DNA from: a virus
Lineage: Duplodnaviria > Caudoviricetes
DNA length: 64,000 nucleotides
Direction: 5' to 3' (one strand)
IMG/VR virus record: IMGVR_UViG_3300011116_001229
Made by a program: the position numbers and the translations under genes. The notes below the pieces were generated by a model. That model was given only the letters and a program-made list of their open reading frames with translations. It was not told the origin of the DNA and did not search any database. Numbering within the stretch: position 1 is the stretch's first letter; every line of letters begins with the position of its first letter. Below, piece by piece: positions 37,017 to 46,509 of this stretch.

Positions 37017-37988
37017 ATGAGTCTAGTTTTACTAATAGATGGAATGAATCTTTTCGTTCGATCCTGGGCTGCTTTCCCGCAGATGTCAACTCATGGCTAT
37101 CAAGTGGGCGGGTGTGTAGGATTTCTTAAGACGCTGCAGAAACTCGTGAGAGAATTATCACCCTCTTCAGTCTGTGTTGCATGGGAAGGCGGAGGGTCTC
37201 AGAGGCGTCGAAAATTATTCCCAGAATATAAGCTTAATAAACGCCCCGAGAAATTAAATAGATTTTATGGGGACGACATTCCTGACACAGAGAAAAATAA
37301 GAAGCATCAACTTTTATCTCTCCTCAGCATGCTTAAGCAGACACCTGTCTGCCAAGTCTATGTCGACAACTGCGAAGGAGACGACATTATTGCTTTCCTC
37401 TGTAAAGGACCCTTTAGAGAAGATGATAAAATTATCGTGTCTTCTGACAAAGATATGCTGCAGCTCCTCGATGAAAGAACAAGAATATACTCAACTCACA
37501 AGAAGAGAATTGTCACGAGTGAAGATGTTCTAAAAGAATATAAGATTCACGTTAACAATTTTGCGATAGCCAAAGCACTTTGCGGAGACAGTTCAGACAA
37601 CATCCCGGGTGTGAAAGGTCTAGGTTATAAGACTGTTTCTTCTAAGTTTCCTTTCTTGGCAAAGGAAGAGACTATTATTCTTCAAGACCTCTTAAACTAC
37701 TCCGCTAGTCACACATCTGAGAGCGTTATCTATAAGAGGGTGCACTCTGAGTCTCAAGCGGTGCATAGAAATTGGAACTTGGTTCATCTTGATGGTAGTA
37801 TGCTCTCTGCAGATCAAACATCAAAGCTTCAAAATGTAATAGATACATTTGAGCCTAGAGCGAATAGGATTGAGCTCATCAAGACGCTTGTCAAAGAAGG
37901 CATAAATGATTTCGACGTCGATAAATTCTTTTACGATTTATCTTGCGTTAAGGGTCTGAAGAACACGGCAAGGATGCAAAATGACTGA
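37017..37988 (+). CDS. 5'-3' exonuclease / flap endonuclease (PolI N-domain, T4 RNase H-like)
   Basis: LLIDGMNL, EGDDIIA, IVSSDKDMLQL, GDSSDNIPGVKGLG. Confidence 0.92.
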   Translation: MSLVLLIDGMNLFVRSWAAFPQMSTHGYQVGGCVGFLKTLQKLVRELSPSSVCVAWEGGGSQRRRKLFPEYKLNKRPEKLNRFYGDDIPDTEKNKKHQLLSLLSMLKQTPVCQVYVDNCEGDDIIAFLCKGPFREDDKIIVSSDKDMLQLLDERTRIYSTHKKRIVTSEDVLKEYKIHVNNFAIAKALCGDSSDNIPGVKGLGYKTVSSKFPFLAKEETIILQDLLNYSASHTSESVIYKRVHSESQAVHRNWNLVHLDGSMLSADQTSKLQNVIDTFEPRANRIELIKTLVKEGINDFDVDKFFYDLSCVKGLKNTARMQND

Positions 37989-39426
37989 TAGTGAAAATAT
38001 GCTGAAGGCTGGGACTGTAACTTTCGGGCAGTTTGGCAAGTCTTTTCAAGAAAAACTTGTCCAGGCTCTTCTCACTGACACAAAGTGGGCAGAACAAATG
38101 ATGGAAGTAATCGACAATGGTTACTTTGAAGTAAACTATTTAAGATTTTTATCTGATCGATATTTTTCTTATGCAAAGAAATACAAGGTATTTCCTACAT
38201 TGCAGCTACTAATCACTATCATTAGAGATGACTTAAAGACGGGCACCGATACGATTCTACGCGATCAGATCATTGATTATCTTCAGCGTATGAAGGCAAA
38301 TCCAGACGTAGGTGATCTACAATTCGTCAAAGATAAGTCGCTCGATTTCTGTCGCAAGCAAGCTCTGAAGAAGGCTCTTGAAGATGCCGTTGATCAAATT
38401 GCTGCTGAGAAGTACGAGTCTATTGTTGAGTCAATTAAGAAAGCCGTTCTCGTTGGTACAGCACCGGCTCTTGGACATGACTTCTTTGCTGATTACGAGT
38501 CGAGATTCACTCGTCTACAAAGAAACTGCGTTCCAACAGGTCTCGACGAGCTCGATCGTAAAGAGATCCTCAACGGAGGCCTTGGTGCCGGTGAAATCGG
38601 AGTTATTGTCGCGGCAACAGGCGTCGGCAAATCCCACTTCCTTACAATGCTCGGTGCTAACGCTCTAAAGCAAGGCAAGAATGTTTTGCATTACACCTTC
38701 GAGCTTTCTGAAACAGCGGTCGGCGTGCGCTACGATTCAAATCTATGCGATATGGAATCCAACCAGGTCATCGACCGCAAGGACGAAGTTTTGGAAAAGT
38801 ACAAAGACATGAAGCTTGGTCGACTCATCATCAAGGAGTTTCCAACTAATACTGCTTCTATCTACACAGTTCGATCCCACATCGAACGTCTTGATGTCAA
38901 AGGTTTCAGGCCTGATGTAATTGTTATTGACTATGCTGATATTATGCGATCAACTAGACAGTTTGATTCTTTAAGACATGAATTAAAACTCGTTTATGAA
39001 GAGCTTCGTGGTTTTGCTTCAGAAAAAGGCATACCAATCTGGACTGCATCGCAGTCAAATAAAGAAGGATCTAACAGTGAGATCGTCGATCTCAGCAATA
39101 TGTCTGAGGCTTACGGCAAGGCTATGGTTGCTGACGTGGTTCTCTCTATCTCTCGTAAGTCGCATGAGAAAGCCACCGGATGGGGTCGTCTATTTGTTGC
39201 AAAAAATAGAGCAGGTAGAGACGGTTTAGTTTATCCAATTAAGATTGATACTGCACGAAGCAGGTTTGAAGTCGCCGGCCAAGCTGGTTCTCTTGAAGAT
39301 AGCAAGGTTGATGATGATGTTGCGCAGAAGAAGGCGCTTAAAGCAAAGTGGGAAGAACTAAAAAAAGAACTTCCAACGAAGAAAACTAACTTTGAAGCTA
39401 GCAGTTCTCTAGCAATTGTTGTATAG
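37981..39426 (+). CDS. dnaB: Replicative helicase (DnaB/gp41-like)
   Basis: AATGVGKS, YTFEL, VIVIDYAD, WTASQ, KNRAG. Confidence 0.9.
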   Translation: MTDSENMLKAGTVTFGQFGKSFQEKLVQALLTDTKWAEQMMEVIDNGYFEVNYLRFLSDRYFSYAKKYKVFPTLQLLITIIRDDLKTGTDTILRDQIIDYLQRMKANPDVGDLQFVKDKSLDFCRKQALKKALEDAVDQIAAEKYESIVESIKKAVLVGTAPALGHDFFADYESRFTRLQRNCVPTGLDELDRKEILNGGLGAGEIGVIVAATGVGKSHFLTMLGANALKQGKNVLHYTFELSETAVGVRYDSNLCDMESNQVIDRKDEVLEKYKDMKLGRLIIKEFPTNTASIYTVRSHIERLDVKGFRPDVIVIDYADIMRSTRQFDSLRHELKLVYEELRGFASEKGIPIWTASQSNKEGSNSEIVDLSNMSEAYGKAMVADVVLSISRKSHEKATGWGRLFVAKNRAGRDGLVYPIKIDTARSRFEVAGQAGSLEDSKVDDDVAQKKALKAKWEELKKELPTKKTNFEASSSLAIVV

Positions 39427-39451
39427 TTAGAATCCACGCAAGAGAGAAAAT

Positions 39452-42400
39452 ATGTCGTACACACGTGATGAAGCTTTTAACGCCTCTTTAAAGTATTTCA
39501 ACGGAGATGAATTAGCTGCGAGCGTATTTGTTGATAAATACGCGCTGAGAGACGCGTCAGGGAAATTACACGAACTGACACCGTCAGATATGCACCGTAG
39601 ACTGGCGCGTGAGTTTGCAAGAATTGAAGCCAAGTATCCCAATCCGTTGTCTGAAAAAGAAATCTTTTGTCTTTTGGCTGACGTAGATCACATTGAAGAA
39701 TCAAAGCGCGCATCTATGACATTGGATGAATTGGCTTCTGAATCTCGAGGATTCGGTGCCGTGGTGCCGCAGGGTTCTCCGATGTCGGCCATTGGTAATG
39801 AATTTCAGTATCAGTCGTTATCTAATTGCTTCGTGATTCAGTCGCCTTATGATTCCTACGCTGGTATCCTAAAAGCCGACCAAGAGCAAGCTCAAATCAT
39901 GAAACGTCGAGGAGGTGTTGGCTTTGATGTTTCTACTATTCGTCCAAAAGGATTAATCACAGCAAACGCTGCCCGTACCACAGACGGCATTGGGGTCTTC
40001 ATGGAAAGGTTCTCAAATACCTGCCGCGAAGTTGCCCAAGGTGGCCGCCGCGGAGCGTTAATGCTTACTATCGATGTTCACCACCCAGAGATCCGCACCT
40101 TCATCAACATCAAGCGCGACCTCAAGAAGGTTACTGGTGCCAACATCTCCATTCGTCTCACTGACGAATTCATGCAAGCAGTGAAAGATGGTGAAAAAGC
40201 ACACCTTAGATTCCCTGTTGAGAAGGACGCAAAGCATACAGTTGAAACTTGGGTTGATGCTCGAGAACTTTGGCATGAAATTATTGAAGCAGCTTGGGCT
40301 TCTGCAGAACCAGGACTATTATTCTGGGACACTGTCAAGAAGCGTACACCAACTGAGGCATATGAGGATTATCGTTCAACATCCACGAATCCATGTATTG
40401 TTGGTGATACGCTCATTGCCGTTGCAGACGGAAGAAATGCAGTCAGTATCCGTCAGCTTGCGGAAGAAGGCAAGGACGTTCCGGTGTATTCGACTAACCC
40501 AGAAACTGGTCAAGTTGAAATTAAATTAGGAAGAAAACCGAGACTAACAAAGAATCAAGTCGAGGTCTGGAAGTTGACGCTTGACGATGGAAGCTTCCTT
40601 ATTGCAACACCTGATCATAGGATCATGAAGCGCGACTGCACTTATGTGGAGCTTCAGAACCTAAAGTCTGGTGATTCCATCTTTCCATTCAACTCTTTTA
40701 ATTCAAATGGGTACAGACAAGTTTCCAACACAGGTGTCTTGATGACAGGCGGAGCTCGAAGAAATAGACGACAGTATCGTCTCATCCACGAGTTCCATTT
40801 TGGGCCCGTTGATCCAAAAATTCATGCTATTCATCATATTGATTGTGATTCTCTCAATGACAGCATTGAGAACATGAGGATCATGACCCATAAGGAACAT
40901 CATGATTTACATTCTAAGAACATGCTGGGGGAGAGCAATCCTTACTTCAAGATGTCTGAAGAGTGGAAAACAAACTTTGCAACCCATCCTGGCGAAACAA
41001 ATGGCAGATTCTCGGGCCATACTAACGATCAGCTTCTTGAACATGGCAGGAATCTATTTGAGAAACATGGCAAGCTGACAGGAAAGATCTGGTCGGACCA
41101 TGCCAAGAAACATGGTCTACCTCAATTCCTTGCAAATAAGTTCCGGTTTGAGTCTTGGAATAACTTTGTTAATCAGGTATCTAACAATCACAAGGTCGTC
41201 TCAGTAGAGAAATTCGGCATTGAGGATGTCTACAATATCACGGTTGACGATAATCACAACTACCATGTTATCACTTCACATGAGGATTCCAAGTTCGTGG
41301 TTTCCTCTGGCATCTGTGTCAAGAACTGCGGTGAAATCGTTCTATCACCATACGATTCTTGTAGGTTGCTTCTCGTCAATCTCTACAAGTTCGTCAAGAA
41401 CCCATTCACATCTGCTGCCTCATATGACAACGAGAGACTCAAGGATGTTGCAGTTAAAGCACAGCGTCTCATGGATGATCTCATCGACCTTGAGATTGAA
41501 GCTGTTGATAAGATCATTGCTAAGATTCAGAATGATCCAGAACCAGAAGACGTTAAAAGGTCTGAACTTGACCTCTGGACTAAGATTAAAAAAGCAGCTC
41601 TCGGAGGTCGGAGAACTGGCTTGGGTATCACTGCGCTTGGAGACACATTGGCTGCAATGGGCTTCGTCTACGGTTCAAAGAATTCTATCCAAATGACTGA
41701 ATCGCTCTACAAGGCATTAGCACTTTCTGCCTATCGTTCGACTGTCGCGATGGCTGCAGAGCGTGGTGCATTCCCAGTCTTCTCTCATAAGCTTGAGGAG
41801 AAGCATCCATTCATCCAACAAATCCTTGAAGCAGACCCTGATCTCGCAAAGGATTACAAGAAGCACGGCCGCCGAAACATCGCTCTAACAACTACAGCAC
41901 CGGCTGGTTCTGTGTCTGTCCTAACGCAAACGACGTCTGGTATCGAGCCGGCGTTCATGCTCTTCTACAAACGCCGCAAGAAGGTCAACGGTGATGATCC
42001 AAATGTTCGTGTCGACTTTGTAGATCCACTCGGCGACAAGTGGCAGGAGTACATGGTATACCATCATGCTTTCAAGAAGTGGATGGAGGTCAACGGAAAG
42101 ACCGAAACCGACTTCGCTGAGTCTCCATACCACGGCGGCACCGCAAATGAGATCGATTGGGTTGCCAAGGTCGACCTCCAAGCCGCCGCCCAGAAGTGGA
42201 TCTGTCATTCTATCTCCAACACAACAAACATTCCAAATTCAACTTCAGTTGATGTTGTCAAGGGCATCTACATGAGGGGTTGGGAGACTGGGTGTAAGGG
42301 TGTCACAATCTATCGTGATGGATGCCGAACCGGCGTTCTCGTAGCAGAGACTCCGAAGGAAGAGCAGACAATTGAAGGTCAGCCTGATACCTTAATAGAA

Positions 42401-42955
42401 AATCATGCACCAAAGCGACCCAAGGAATTAACCTGTGATATTCACAGAATTAACGTGAGGTCATCTGGTGACAATGAGAGCTATCTTGTTTTGGTGGGTA
42501 AGCTAGAAGATAAGCCATACGAAATCTTCTGCGGTCTATCGCAGCACGTTGAGGTACCGAAAAAAGCCAAGACAGGTACGATGATCAAGAATGGCAAGAA
42601 GGATGGGGTTGCGACCTACAATCTTCAGATTCCGATTGGTGATGATGATCAGCTATTGTTCAAGGACGTTGTAGAATTATTTTCAAATCCAAATCATGGA
42701 TCCATGACAAGAACTTTATCGTTAGCACTACGACATGGAGTTCCTGTTCAATACGTGGTTGAGCAGCTTCAAAAGGACAAACACAGCGGCCTTCAGTCTT
42801 TCTCTAGAGCTATCTCTCGTGTCTTAAAAACATATATTCCTGATGGAACAAAAGCGCAGTCAGACAAGATCTGCGGTTCTTGCGGTCTTGAAGGAATTGT
42901 CTACAAAGAAGGTTGCGCAACCTGTAACTCTTGCGGTTGGTCAAAATGTGGGTGA
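39452..42955 (+). CDS. nrdJ: Class II (B12-dependent) ribonucleotide reductase with an intein
   Basis: SNCF, TNPC..GE split by an intein, APAGSVS..TQTTSGIEP, YRDGCR; C-terminal TSCPD-like domain and Zn ribbon; no ATP cone; no beta-subunit gene nearby. Confidence 0.88.
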   Translation: MSYTRDEAFNASLKYFNGDELAASVFVDKYALRDASGKLHELTPSDMHRRLAREFARIEAKYPNPLSEKEIFCLLADVDHIEESKRASMTLDELASESRGFGAVVPQGSPMSAIGNEFQYQSLSNCFVIQSPYDSYAGILKADQEQAQIMKRRGGVGFDVSTIRPKGLITANAARTTDGIGVFMERFSNTCREVAQGGRRGALMLTIDVHHPEIRTFINIKRDLKKVTGANISIRLTDEFMQAVKDGEKAHLRFPVEKDAKHTVETWVDARELWHEIIEAAWASAEPGLLFWDTVKKRTPTEAYEDYRSTSTNPCIVGDTLIAVADGRNAVSIRQLAEEGKDVPVYSTNPETGQVEIKLGRKPRLTKNQVEVWKLTLDDGSFLIATPDHRIMKRDCTYVELQNLKSGDSIFPFNSFNSNGYRQVSNTGVLMTGGARRNRRQYRLIHEFHFGPVDPKIHAIHHIDCDSLNDSIENMRIMTHKEHHDLHSKNMLGESNPYFKMSEEWKTNFATHPGETNGRFSGHTNDQLLEHGRNLFEKHGKLTGKIWSDHAKKHGLPQFLANKFRFESWNNFVNQVSNNHKVVSVEKFGIEDVYNITVDDNHNYHVITSHEDSKFVVSSGICVKNCGEIVLSPYDSCRLLLVNLYKFVKNPFTSAASYDNERLKDVAVKAQRLMDDLIDLEIEAVDKIIAKIQNDPEPEDVKRSELDLWTKIKKAALGGRRTGLGITALGDTLAAMGFVYGSKNSIQMTESLYKALALSAYRSTVAMAAERGAFPVFSHKLEEKHPFIQQILEADPDLAKDYKKHGRRNIALTTTAPAGSVSVLTQTTSGIEPAFMLFYKRRKKVNGDDPNVRVDFVDPLGDKWQEYMVYHHAFKKWMEVNGKTETDFAESPYHGGTANEIDWVAKVDLQAAAQKWICHSISNTTNIPNSTSVDVVKGIYMRGWETGCKGVTIYRDGCRTGVLVAETPKEEQTIEGQPDTLIENHAPKRPKELTCDIHRINVRSSGDNESYLVLVGKLEDKPYEIFCGLSQHVEVPKKAKTGTMIKNGKKDGVATYNLQIPIGDDDQLLFKDVVELFSNPNHGSMTRTLSLALRHGVPVQYVVEQLQKDKHSGLQSFSRAISRVLKTYIPDGTKAQSDKICGSCGLEGIVYKEGCATCNSCGWSKCG
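40394..41326 (+). mobile_element. Intein (311 aa) with HNH endonuclease in the RNR active site
   Basis: Begins CIVGDTLIA; block B TPDH; HNH IHHIDCDSLNDSIENM; block F DVYNITVDDNHNY; ends VKN before +1 Cys. Removal restores TNPCGEI. Confidence 0.92.
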
Positions 42956-42978
42956 TTAATTGATTTTTTCACCTACTT

Positions 42979-43332
42979 ATGTTGTCGACTATGAGCAAGC
43001 GTAGAGATAGAGGCAGTGATTTTGAAGAAAGAGTATATGATAGTGTGAAGAAGAGGTTACTAGAAACAAATACAAGGTGGCGCGGTGAGTCGACACGTTC
43101 GTATGCAGAAGGTAATTTGACTTCGATTCCTGAGTTTGTCATCGACGAATTGTCTGAAGAGTTTGTTAATAGTTTGGGAAGAAGAATTATTGCTCAGATA
43201 AATGTACAACCGCTCGAGCCACAGACGCGTAGAAACCTAAAGGCTCAACTCAATGATCTATTAACTTCAATGAAGAAAGATCTTAAAAATACAACAAAGA
43301 GCCACTTAGATCGTTTCTTTCAAGTGTATTGA
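42979..43332 (+). CDS. Hypothetical protein
   Basis: 117 aa; followed by a terminator. Confidence 0.55.
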   Translation: MLSTMSKRRDRGSDFEERVYDSVKKRLLETNTRWRGESTRSYAEGNLTSIPEFVIDELSEEFVNSLGRRIIAQINVQPLEPQTRRNLKAQLNDLLTSMKKDLKNTTKSHLDRFFQVY

Positions 43333-43357
43333 TAACTACAACATATGTAACAATTTG

Positions 43358-43387
43358 AAGGCTGATCTTTTTTGATCAGCCTTTTTT
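43358..43387 (+). terminator. Intrinsic terminator
   Basis: AAGGCTGATC-TTTTTT-GATCAGCCTT followed by TTTT. Confidence 0.85.
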
Positions 43388-43412
43388 GTTCACATTGACT
43401 TGACTTTGTATT

Positions 43413-44081
43413 ATGTGGGCTATGCCTCCGCAACCTAATAAAGTTGAGTTGATTGGTTTTTATGGATCTGATGAAATTCATGCTCTTTCAGCGTGGACTT
43501 CAACTTCAAGAGATCTTACGGAAGAAAAGAGAAGTCGAATTCCTAATCTTTTAAAAATGTTGGCCGAAAATGGACATGAAACTCCTTTTGAAAAATCTTC
43601 GCTACATTTTCTTGTAACGACAGAGATAGCTACACACGCACAACTCCTTAAACATCGTATTGGTGTCTCTATCAACGCTGAGTCTGCTCGTTATAAAGAG
43701 CTCAAGGATGATAAGTACTATGTTCCCGTTGATTGGCCCGCAGCTGAAAAAGAGCTCTACATCGAGCACATGGAATCTTCTCTTCAAAAGTACCATGAGA
43801 CGCTTGAACGCTTAGTTCAAGGAGGAATGTCAAGAAAGCGCGCAAAGGAGTCTGCTAGACTATATCTTCCCTATGGCAATCAGATCACTGCTGACATTAT
43901 GTTTAATTTTCGAAGCTTCGTCCACTTTATTCGCCTACGATATTCAGAACACGCGCAATTAGAGATCAGAGATATTGCAAGTTGCATGTTAAACCTAGTA
44001 GAATCTACTAAAGTCTTTCCGGCAACTTTAGAGGCATTTGGACTCACGGAAAGCGGCGTATTAAGAAGACCATTTTCATGA
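43413..44081 (+). CDS. thyX: FAD-dependent thymidylate synthase
   Basis: GHETPFE; KHRIGVSINAESARY signature; KESARLYLP; FNFRSFVHFIRLR. Confidence 0.9.
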   Translation: MWAMPPQPNKVELIGFYGSDEIHALSAWTSTSRDLTEEKRSRIPNLLKMLAENGHETPFEKSSLHFLVTTEIATHAQLLKHRIGVSINAESARYKELKDDKYYVPVDWPAAEKELYIEHMESSLQKYHETLERLVQGGMSRKRAKESARLYLPYGNQITADIMFNFRSFVHFIRLRYSEHAQLEIRDIASCMLNLVESTKVFPATLEAFGLTESGVLRRPFS

Positions 44082-44665
44082 GTAAAATTATCGTTTTTGA
44101 AGGTGCAGATCGCTGTGGAAAAGCTACACAGAGCGCTATTCTTAAAGATCATATTCAATCTTTGGGGAACACTGCGGCAATTGTAGAAGTACCAATCCGC
44201 TCTGCTATCACATATAGAGCTATTTATTGGATGCTTAAGAATGGACTCGCAAAAAATCTTCCAAAAACATTCCAGGTCATTCAATTCCTCAATAGAAAGT
44301 TTTTTCAGTGGTTTACTCTCCCACGCCTAGAGAAAGTTTATGACTACATTATCTTAGATAGATGGAGTTTATCAACTGTTATTTACGGCGGCGCTGAAGG
44401 TGTTTCGCAGTGTTTTACTGTTGGTCTCTCAAAATTTCTGCGTGATCCTGATCACACTGTTGTCCTAATTGGCAAATCGTTTCCTCACGATGCGGAGGAT
44501 GTATATGAAGCTGATCAAGCTCTTCAAGAAAAAGTCAGAGAAGGTTATGCCCAATGGGTAGTGAATAACTACGACAAGGCTAGTCTTCATGACTGTCGGC
44601 AAGAAAAGCATGTTCTAGCAAAAAAGATACAACTAGTTTTATCATCTAAGAAAATCATCCCTTGA
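44078..44665 (+). CDS. tmk: Thymidylate kinase
   Basis: IVFEGADRCGKATQ P-loop; ILDRWSLSTVIYG. Confidence 0.85.
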   Translation: MSKIIVFEGADRCGKATQSAILKDHIQSLGNTAAIVEVPIRSAITYRAIYWMLKNGLAKNLPKTFQVIQFLNRKFFQWFTLPRLEKVYDYIILDRWSLSTVIYGGAEGVSQCFTVGLSKFLRDPDHTVVLIGKSFPHDAEDVYEADQALQEKVREGYAQWVVNNYDKASLHDCRQEKHVLAKKIQLVLSSKKIIP

Positions 44666-44687
44666 GCGATGATATATTTAGAGATAC

Positions 44688-45632
44688 ATGCACTACATCA
44701 CGCCTAAGAAAATAAAGAAGGGATCAAGAGTCGCGATTGTTGCTCCCTCGTCCGCTGTTCACACAGACCGTCTAAGCGTCGGTCTAGATATCATGAGAGA
44801 ACACGGCTTAGTTCCTGTTCTTGGTCCATGCGTCAAGAGGCTTAAGATTGATGGAATGCATGCAGCGCCTCTTGAAGACAGAATTGATGAGCTCAATTGG
44901 GCATTTTCTAGTGATGAGATTTCCGCTGTATTTTGTGCAATAGGTGGAATCGGAAGTTCTGCTGTTTTACCCTATCTTAATTATGATGCCATTTATAATA
45001 GCAGAAAACCTTTACTTGGTAGGTCTGACATCTCAGCATTAAATTGCGGTATTTTAAAGCACGCCGGACTAATCAGCATAAATGGTCAGACTCCGAGTAT
45101 ACGTCTAGATAAAGGTAGCAAGCACCAAATTGGTCAAACTGACTCTTTTGTGAGAACGTTAAAGTTAATGATGTCAAATAGACCTTGGGGCATTTCGCCG
45201 CTTACACACAATGAGTATATACCCCGAACAGTATCTTCAGGTATTGCTGGAGGTCATGCGATCGGTTGTACTGCCGACACAATCTCAAGACTGATAGGCA
45301 CACCACACGAGCCAGACTTTTCAGATGCAATCTTATTTTTAGAAGACATTCATGAAAGCCCCCAGAGCCTTGCAAGAATTTTCTTGCATATGAAGTTGGC
45401 GGGTGTGCTAGATAGAGTTGCAGGTGTGGTCATTGGAGAATTTCAAGACATTAGAGATGCAGATGATCATGATATGGAAGAGGTCGTTAAAGAATATTTC
45501 TCAGACGGCCCACCATGCGTCTTTGGATATTCTTTTTCTCACGGATCTACTGTGTCACCCATTCCAGTTGGTGCCCAGTGCACAATGAATGCAGATACTG
45601 GAGATATTTCTTTCGATTTTTCAATGGGTTGA
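44688..45632 (+). CDS. S66-family peptidase (LD-carboxypeptidase / MccF-like)
   Basis: VAIVAPSS, GGIGS, GRSDIS (Ser), LFLEDIHE (Glu), FSHG (His). Confidence 0.88.
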   Translation: MHYITPKKIKKGSRVAIVAPSSAVHTDRLSVGLDIMREHGLVPVLGPCVKRLKIDGMHAAPLEDRIDELNWAFSSDEISAVFCAIGGIGSSAVLPYLNYDAIYNSRKPLLGRSDISALNCGILKHAGLISINGQTPSIRLDKGSKHQIGQTDSFVRTLKLMMSNRPWGISPLTHNEYIPRTVSSGIAGGHAIGCTADTISRLIGTPHEPDFSDAILFLEDIHESPQSLARIFLHMKLAGVLDRVAGVVIGEFQDIRDADDHDMEEVVKEYFSDGPPCVFGYSFSHGSTVSPIPVGAQCTMNADTGDISFDFSMG

Positions 45633-45675
45633 TACAAGACTGATTTAAGCTGTATAAGATAACCACGAGGTACTT

Positions 45676-45939
45676 ATGAGTTATAAAATTTCAGATTCAG
45701 TCGCAATGCGTTTCATTCAAATCTTTCAAGAAGCTGTCTTGATGGGTCTAGATGGAGCTGACTTAATGAGACAAGTAAGATTAGTTGTCGATTCTGAAGA
45801 AGCTGATACATTAACACTTGATCCTGAATATAAGAAATTTGTTCAGGAATCTCACGAAAAGTATTTGGCCGACATTGAAAAGAAACTTTCTACAAATAGT
45901 GATCTCAATATTCAGTTCGAAGATTCAAAAAAAGTTTAG
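45676..45939 (+). CDS. Hypothetical protein
   Basis: 87 aa; GAGG SD. Confidence 0.6.
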   Translation: MSYKISDSVAMRFIQIFQEAVLMGLDGADLMRQVRLVVDSEEADTLTLDPEYKKFVQESHEKYLADIEKKLSTNSDLNIQFEDSKKV

Positions 45940-46019
45940 TCGAGGGGTTACCTTACAAAAAGTAATGATTATCTTCTGATCACAAGGCAACAGCCTAATA
46001 ACACAGGAGAAACAATACT

Positions 46020-46397
46020 ATGTTAGCTAAGTACTATTTGGACAGACTTGACTCTCGTAATTTTTTTGATCCCTTTTGCTCCCTTTCTGAACTTGCTTGG
46101 TCAGAGACGCCCGGTAAATCTAAACGAAGAATTAGTTATGACATCACGTCAGATGACAATTCTTTAACTCTCACAGTTGACTTACCAGGTGTAAAAAAAG
46201 AAGATTTGCAAGTCGAAGCCACTGGCCAAACGATTGCTGTAAAAGCAAAAAGGGGAGAAGAAGATTGTTCAACAACCTATAAGATCTCTAAAGAATATGA
46301 CACATCTCAAGTAGATGCGCACCTTGACGATGGTGTTCTTACGCTTAAATTCAATAGAGCAAAGTCAGCAGACGTTAAACGGATTGTTATTAGATAG
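46020..46397 (+). CDS. Small heat-shock protein (Hsp20)
   Basis: LTVDLPGVKKEDLQVE...VDAHLDDGVLTLKF...KRIVI alpha-crystallin pattern. Confidence 0.85.
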   Translation: MLAKYYLDRLDSRNFFDPFCSLSELAWSETPGKSKRRISYDITSDDNSLTLTVDLPGVKKEDLQVEATGQTIAVKAKRGEEDCSTTYKISKEYDTSQVDAHLDDGVLTLKFNRAKSADVKRIVIR

Positions 46398-46425
46398 CTG
46401 ATAAACTCTGATATTTAGAAATAGG

Positions 46426-46455
46426 GGGGACGCGTCAAAAAGCGTCCCCTTTTTT
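46426..46455 (+). terminator. Intrinsic terminator
   Basis: GGGGACGC-GTCAAAAA-GCGTCCCC followed by TTTTTT. Confidence 0.8.
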
Positions 46456-46509
46456 ATTTTCAATGAATAATTAGTATCATCTGTTTATAGAAACACTATT
46501 AGGACTAAA

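Noticed and set aside
39452-42955. Class Ia RNR alpha subunit
   Set aside because: There is no ATP cone and no adjacent beta subunit, and the C-terminal TSCPD-like/Zn-ribbon region fits class II.
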